A stretch of DNA of 64,000 bases, from NCBI GenBank assembly GCA_963845565.1, contig CAWJSJ010000002.1, forward strand, positions 2,528,001 through 2,592,000, written 5' to 3'. Below are positions 59,016 through 64,000 of this stretch, in pieces; the stretch's first letter is position 1; every line of letters starts with the position of its first letter. The stretch is from an uncultured Methylomirabilota bacterium. Lineage in GTDB: Bacteria > Methylomirabilota > Methylomirabilia > Methylomirabilales > 2-02-FULL-66-22. The notes under the pieces were generated by a model, which worked only from the letters and a program-made list of their open reading frames with translations, made no database searches and was not told where the DNA came from. A program made the translations under genes and the position numbers.

Positions 59016-61628
59016 ATGGACGTGCGGTTGCCCGCTGTTCTGCTCTGGCGCGGCCCTGTCCTCGCGGCAGCGGCTTGGATGCTGACGGCCTGCGCTACCG
59101 AGATGGGGGAATTGCAACCACCGCCGGCGACCCCCGTGGTCGCCGCACCCGCACCGGCCGCACCGGCTCCGGTCGCCCTGCCGGCGCCGCCGCCGCCCAT
59201 GGTGGCCAGCCCGCCGCCTCCGCCGCCGGCCCCCGTGCCGGCGCCTGCCCTGCCCGCACCGGCTCCGGTCGCCCTGCCGGCGCCGCCGCCGCCCATGGTG
59301 GCCAGCCCGCCGCCTCCGCCGCCGGCCCCCCCGCCGGCGCCGATTGCCGCACCCGCACCGCCGCCGGCCCCAGCGCGCGGGGCCATCGAAGTGACGGGAG
59401 TCGAGGTGCAGGAGTCCGGACCGACCGGCGTCGTGGTGCTGGTAAGCGGCGACGGACCGATTTCAACGTACGAGTCCTTCGCGCTGCCCGACCCACCGCG
59501 GCTGGTCGTGGATATTCCCAACGCGGTGCATGCCATTTCGCAGCCGATTTCCGCCCGGCCCCCGCTGGTGTCGGCCGTCCGGTCCTCGCAGTATCGGGAG
59601 CGGCCGGTGCAGATCGTGCGGATTGTGATGGATCTCCGCTCGGCGCTTCCGTACCGTATCGTGACGGCGCAGAATCAATTGCGGGTCGATCTGGGCGGCG
59701 CGGCGGAAGGCACGGCCGCAGCCCCCGCCCCGGAAACGAAGGCGACGCCGGTTGTGGCTGCGCCGCCCGTGGCGCCGGCCAAGGCCGCGCCGGTCGCGAC
59801 GACGGCCCCGAGTGTCCCCCGGGCTGCCGGGAAGGTGACGCGGGTTGACGTGCAGAGCGTCCGAGGCCGACAGCAGATCGCGATCCGCACCAGCGGCCCG
59901 GTGACGTACGCGGTCGCGGAGAACACGAATCCCCTCGGCATTGCCGTGGACGTGAACGGTGCGATGATCGAGCCGGCGGCGGCCCGAACCGTCGACCTGG
60001 GGCAGGTCAGTTCGCCCATCAGTCGGCTACGGGCCTCGCAATATCAGACCGACCCCGCCCCGACAGTCCGTGTCGTGGCGGATCTGCGCGGACCGGCGCG
60101 ATATGACGTCCGGCAGACACCGTCCGCCATCGTCGTCGATTTCCTGAATCCCGCGCGACCGGCCAGCGCCCCCGCGCCGGCGCCTGTGCCGATGCCCGCC
60201 CCCGTCGTGGTGGCGCAAGCCGCCCCGCCGGCCGCACCTGCGGTTGCCACCCCGCCGATGCCCGCCCCCGTCGTGGTGGCGCAAGCCGCCCCGCCGGCCG
60301 CACCGGGCACGGGCAGGCTGTCGATGGATTTCCGGGATGCGGACATCAATAACCTGCTCCGCATCATCGCGGAAGTGAGCGGCATGAACGTCGTAGCCGG
60401 CGGCGATGTCACGGGAAAGGTGACCGTGCGGCTGGTGAACGTCGAGTGGCAGCAGGCCTTGGACGTCATCCTGCGGATCAACGGGATGGGGTACGAGATC
60501 GACGGCAACATCATCCGCGTCGCTCCGCAAGCCAAGCTGGCGGCCGAACAGCGTTCCCGGGAAGAAGCGCGGGCCCGGGAGCAGAAAGCCAAGGAGGATG
60601 CCCTCAAGGCGGAACGGGAGCAGAAGCGAGAGCAGGTCCAACTGGAACCGCTGAAGGATGAGGTCATCGCGGTCAACTACGCCAAGGCCGCCGATGTCGT
60701 CAAGAACCTCGACCGCCTCAAGACGCCCGGGCGCCCGGACGCCAGCCTGGTGGTGGACGACCGGACGAACAAGCTGATCCTCCGGGAGACGCCGGCGACT
60801 CTGGTGCGGATGAAAGATCTGTTGCGGGAATTGGACCGGGCGACCCCGCAGGTCCTGATCGAGGCTCGTCTGGTGGAAGCGACCCGGAACTTCGCGCAGA
60901 GCCTCGGCGTCGAGTGGGGATTCAACGCGAACATGACGATGTCCAGCCTTCAGAGCCCTCAGCCGGTCAGCCTCTTCACGTCGCCGGTGGGAACGCCTCT
61001 CGCCATTCCGGCGGCGACCGGGGCCATCCCGCTCGCGATTTCCATGCCGGCCACGTCGCCGACGGCCTCCGTCGGGCTCATCGCCAACAGCCTCTTCAGT
61101 AACCGGCTGGCCCTGGGCGCGCGAATCTCGGCGGGCGAGAGCGAGAACAAGGTCCGCACCCTGTCCTCGCCCAAGGTCGCCACCATGGATAACCAGGAAG
61201 CCGAGATCAAGCAAGGGCAGCAGGTTCCCTACACGACGATCGACAGCTCCGGACGCACCGTGGTGGCGTACACGGACGCCTACATTCGGCTCAAGGTGAC
61301 GCCGCACATCACCAACGACAAACGCATCTCGATGAAGGTGGAGGCGGAGCGGTCCTTCCCGGGGGATCGGATCGACTACGCCGGGGGCTTCTCGTTCCCG
61401 ATCAACACCCGCAAGGCCACCACCAACGTCCTGGTCTCCAACGGCTCGACCATCGTGATCGGCGGGTTGCTCCAGTCCGACGAGCGCTGGTCGGAGTCGC
61501 GGATTCCGTGGATCAGCAAAGTCCCGGTTCTGGGATCGCTGTTCAAGAGCACCTCCATCGGCCCCGAAGGGAAGATCGAATTGCTGATCTTCCTGACGCC
61601 GACCATTCTGGAAGAGCCCAAGATCTGA
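59016..61628 (+). CDS. pilQ: Type IV pilus secretin PilQ
   Basis: Lipobox LTAC, AMIN-like domains, SMDFRDAD, QVLIEARLVE, IPW.SKVP.LG.LF, LIFLTP. Confidence 0.95.
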   Translation: MDVRLPAVLLWRGPVLAAAAWMLTACATEMGELQPPPATPVVAAPAPAAPAPVALPAPPPPMVASPPPPPPAPVPAPALPAPAPVALPAPPPPMVASPPPPPPAPPPAPIAAPAPPPAPARGAIEVTGVEVQESGPTGVVVLVSGDGPISTYESFALPDPPRLVVDIPNAVHAISQPISARPPLVSAVRSSQYRERPVQIVRIVMDLRSALPYRIVTAQNQLRVDLGGAAEGTAAAPAPETKATPVVAAPPVAPAKAAPVATTAPSVPRAAGKVTRVDVQSVRGRQQIAIRTSGPVTYAVAENTNPLGIAVDVNGAMIEPAAARTVDLGQVSSPISRLRASQYQTDPAPTVRVVADLRGPARYDVRQTPSAIVVDFLNPARPASAPAPAPVPMPAPVVVAQAAPPAAPAVATPPMPAPVVVAQAAPPAAPGTGRLSMDFRDADINNLLRIIAEVSGMNVVAGGDVTGKVTVRLVNVEWQQALDVILRINGMGYEIDGNIIRVAPQAKLAAEQRSREEARAREQKAKEDALKAEREQKREQVQLEPLKDEVIAVNYAKAADVVKNLDRLKTPGRPDASLVVDDRTNKLILRETPATLVRMKDLLRELDRATPQVLIEARLVEATRNFAQSLGVEWGFNANMTMSSLQSPQPVSLFTSPVGTPLAIPAATGAIPLAISMPATSPTASVGLIANSLFSNRLALGARISAGESENKVRTLSSPKVATMDNQEAEIKQGQQVPYTTIDSSGRTVVAYTDAYIRLKVTPHITNDKRISMKVEAERSFPGDRIDYAGGFSFPINTRKATTNVLVSNGSTIVIGGLLQSDERWSESRIPWISKVPVLGSLFKSTSIGPEGKIELLIFLTPTILEEPKI
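59158..59330 (+). repeat. Direct repeat in pilQ (about 77 bp, 96-bp period)
   Basis: Identical DNA encoding APAPVALPAPPPPMVASPPPPPPAP twice. Confidence 0.85.
60188..60304 (+). repeat. Direct repeat in pilQ (about 51 bp, 66-bp period)
   Basis: Identical DNA encoding PMPAPVVVAQAAPPAAP twice. Confidence 0.85.
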
Positions 61629-61661
61629 GCGAACGGCAGTCTCACGTTCGGAACGGTTTCC

Positions 61662-61696
61662 GGGAAAACGCACCCCATGGGTGCGTTTTCCCTTTT
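61662..61696 (+). terminator. Intrinsic terminator after pilQ
   Basis: 14-bp stem GGGAAAACGCACCC/GGGTGCGTTTTCCC followed by TTTT. Confidence 0.8.
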
Positions 61697-61779
61697 GGGC
61701 CGCAACCCGGCGGGGTATGATCCGAGTCACGGCGACTGCCGGATGACGCGGCGCCACGACGCTGAGAACTGAGGGAGAT

Positions 61780-62970
61780 ATGCTACGGTACTTGACGGCC
61801 GGCGAATCCCACGGGCCGGGACTGGTCGCGATCCTGGAAGGGATGCCGTCCCAGGTGCCCGTGGACGCCGCTGACATCAACGTGGACTTGACCCGCCGGA
61901 TGGGCGGGTACGGCCGTGGCGGCCGCATGAAGATCGAGAAAGACGCGGTGCGGATCCTGGGAGGCGTTCGGCACGGGAGGACGCTCGGCAGCCCCATCAG
62001 TCTTCTGATCGAGAATCGCGACTGGGAGAACTGGCAGGAGACCATGGCCGTCGACGCGTCGCCCCCCCCGGGCTCCCCGGGGCGGCCGCCGATGACACGA
62101 CCTCGCCCCGGCCACGCCGACCTCGCCGGCGGCCTCAAGTATGACCACCGGGACCTGCGCAACGTCCTGGAGCGGGCCTCGGCCCGGGAGACGGCGATTC
62201 GGGTGGCCGTGGGGGGTGTGTGCAAGTGTCTGTTGCGTGCATTCGGGGTGCGGGTTCTCGGCCACGTGGTCGAGATGGGCGGGGTACGGGCCGCCACCGA
62301 GGGACTGTCCGTCGACGAGATCGCGGAGCAGGCGGACGCCTCGCCCGTGCGGTGTGCGGACCCCATGGCGACCCGGGAGATCATGGCCAAGGTGGATGAG
62401 GCCCAGGCGCGCGGGACGTCGGTCGGCGGGGTGTTCGAGGTGCTGGCGCTGGGCGTCCCCGTGGGTCTGGGGACGCACGTGCATTGGGACCTCCGGCTGG
62501 ACGGGCGACTGGCGCAAGCCCTCATGAGCATCCAGGCGATCAAGGGGGTGGAGATCGGGCCGGCGTTTGAGGTGGCCCGTCGGTTCGGATGCGACGTGCA
62601 GGACGAGATCTACTATCGGACGCCGGACGAAGACGCCCCCGGCCGTTCGGGGTATTTCCGAAAGACGAACTTTGCCGGGGGACTCGAGGGCGGCGTGACC
62701 ACCGGCCAACCCATTGTCGTGCGGGCCGCCATGAAGCCGATCTCGACGCAGTACCAGCCGCTGACGTCCGTGGATATCGTCACCAAGGAGGCGAGTCGGG
62801 CGGGTGTGGAGCGGACCGATATTACCGCGGTGCCGGCCGCCGCGGTGGTGGGAGAGGCCGTGGTGGCCTTCGAGATCGCCCGCGCCTTGCAGGAAAAGTG
62901 CGGCGGGGACAGCCTGGCGGAGATGCGCCGAAACTTCGACGCCTACGTGGCCTACCTCCGCACCGCCTGA
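61780..62970 (+). CDS. aroC: Chorismate synthase
   Basis: TAGESHG, RPRPGHAD, ERASARET, GGLEGG, MKPIST. Confidence 0.96.
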   Translation: MLRYLTAGESHGPGLVAILEGMPSQVPVDAADINVDLTRRMGGYGRGGRMKIEKDAVRILGGVRHGRTLGSPISLLIENRDWENWQETMAVDASPPPGSPGRPPMTRPRPGHADLAGGLKYDHRDLRNVLERASARETAIRVAVGGVCKCLLRAFGVRVLGHVVEMGGVRAATEGLSVDEIAEQADASPVRCADPMATREIMAKVDEAQARGTSVGGVFEVLALGVPVGLGTHVHWDLRLDGRLAQALMSIQAIKGVEIGPAFEVARRFGCDVQDEIYYRTPDEDAPGRSGYFRKTNFAGGLEGGVTTGQPIVVRAAMKPISTQYQPLTSVDIVTKEASRAGVERTDITAVPAAAVVGEAVVAFEIARALQEKCGGDSLAEMRRNFDAYVAYLRTA

Positions 62971-63078
62971 GCGATACCGGCGCGACGCCTTCCCGGCCTG
63001 CGGCAGGGGGCTCGCGTGCTCGCCGGAAATCACCCAGCCAAGCGCGATCGCCGCGTTTTCCGGGAGCCGGGGGGATCC

Positions 63079-64000
63079 ATGGGTCGTCGGACCGGCGTCG
63101 GGCTGCTCCTCCTCGCAGCGCCGTGCTATCTCTGGGGATTGGGCGCTATCGGATTCCAGGACCCCGACGAAGGGATGTACGCCGAGATCGCGCGCGAGAT
63201 GCTGGCCAGCCGGGACTGGGTCGTGCCCACCTTCAACGGCGTGCCCTACATCGAGAAACCGCCCCTCACGTACTGGCTGACCGCGGGCAGCCTGGCCGTC
63301 CTGGGACCGTCGGAGTTCGCCGCGCGGCTCTGGAAAGTTCTGCCGATGCTCGCCACCGTGGCCCTCACCGGTGCGCTGGGCGCGCGCCTCTTTTCCCGGC
63401 GGACGGGCCTCATGGGGGCCGGCGTCCTGGCGACGACCCTGGGGACGTTCCTCTTCAGCCGCCTTGCCCAAATGGATCCGCTCCTCCTCCTCTGCATCAC
63501 GGCGTCCGCGTACGGGATCGTCCGTGCGGGTGATGCGGGGCCGGACCGGCGAGGGGTCCCCGACTTGTGGTGGTGGGGGGGAGTCGCCGGCGGGGTGATG
63601 AGCAAGGGGTTGCCCGGCCTGGTGTTTCCGCTGGGTCTCCTCACGCTCTGGGCGCTCGTCAGCCGGGATAGCGGCGTGTGGCGCCGGGTCTGGACCCTGC
63701 GGGGGGTGGTCGGCGCCGCCCTCCTCGCTCTGCCGTGGCACCTCTTGGCCGCCCGGCGGGTGCCGGGTTTCGTGCAATTCTACCTGGTCGATAACCAGCT
63801 CCTGCGTTTTCTCGGTGAGCGGGCGTATGCGGAAGACGGGCGATCGCTCGGAACGGCGGCGTTTCTCGGCGTGACGGCCTGCGCGCTGCTCCCCTGGGCT
63901 CCCTATCTGGCCGCCGCGGTGTGCAGGGCCGTCGGGGCCGGGGTGCGCGACCCGCGGTGGCGGTTCCTGCTGGGCTGGATCGCCGTGGTGATCGGGTTCT
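63079..64000 (+). CDS. ArnT/PMT-family (GT-C) glycosyltransferase, runs off window end
   Basis: My translation: DPDEGMYAEIAREMLASRDWVVPTFNGVPYIEKPPLTYW, multi-TM; not in the ORF track because no stop falls in the window. Confidence 0.88.
   Translation, partial: MGRRTGVGLLLLAAPCYLWGLGAIGFQDPDEGMYAEIAREMLASRDWVVPTFNGVPYIEKPPLTYWLTAGSLAVLGPSEFAARLWKVLPMLATVALTGALGARLFSRRTGLMGAGVLATTLGTFLFSRLAQMDPLLLLCITASAYGIVRAGDAGPDRRGVPDLWWWGGVAGGVMSKGLPGLVFPLGLLTLWALVSRDSGVWRRVWTLRGVVGAALLALPWHLLAARRVPGFVQFYLVDNQLLRFLGERAYAEDGRSLGTAAFLGVTACALLPWAPYLAAAVCRAVGAGVRDPRWRFLLGWIAVVIGF

Overview
GC-rich bacterial chromosome segment, mostly housekeeping. Lineage cannot be fixed from sequence alone; gene content resembles anaerobic/facultative diderm groups such as Methylomirabilota or former Deltaproteobacteria (inference). 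Left end (1-6.3 kb) is a redox module: two paralogous octaheme tetrathionate-reductase (OTR)-family cytochromes (the first partial and doubly frameshifted) flank a heme-c-motif sensor kinase, a membrane-anchored receiver/GcvH-like fusion lacking the lipoyl lysine, and an FmdB-type zinc ribbon. Then: thiM-thiE-thiL; ybaK/ECF sigma/anti-sigma; cytochrome c, ywiC-like (with an FNR-type box), der; mdh-sdhCAB-sucCD-ndk; yceD-rpmF-plsX-fabHDG-acpP-fabF; hyi-garR; ribD-ribE-ribBA-ribH-nusB; a small islet of gene debris plus vapBC; rnc-smc-ftsY; trxA; trpEGDCFBA; type IV pilus genes (fimT, pilVWX, pilMNOPQ); aroC; and a partial ArnT-like glycosyltransferase. Non-coding highlights: two families of dispersed palindromic MITE-like repeats sitting on or directly after stop codons, 7-8-mer tandem arrays, and a candidate Trp leader/attenuator. 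I found no rRNA, tRNA, CRISPR array, transposase or integrase.
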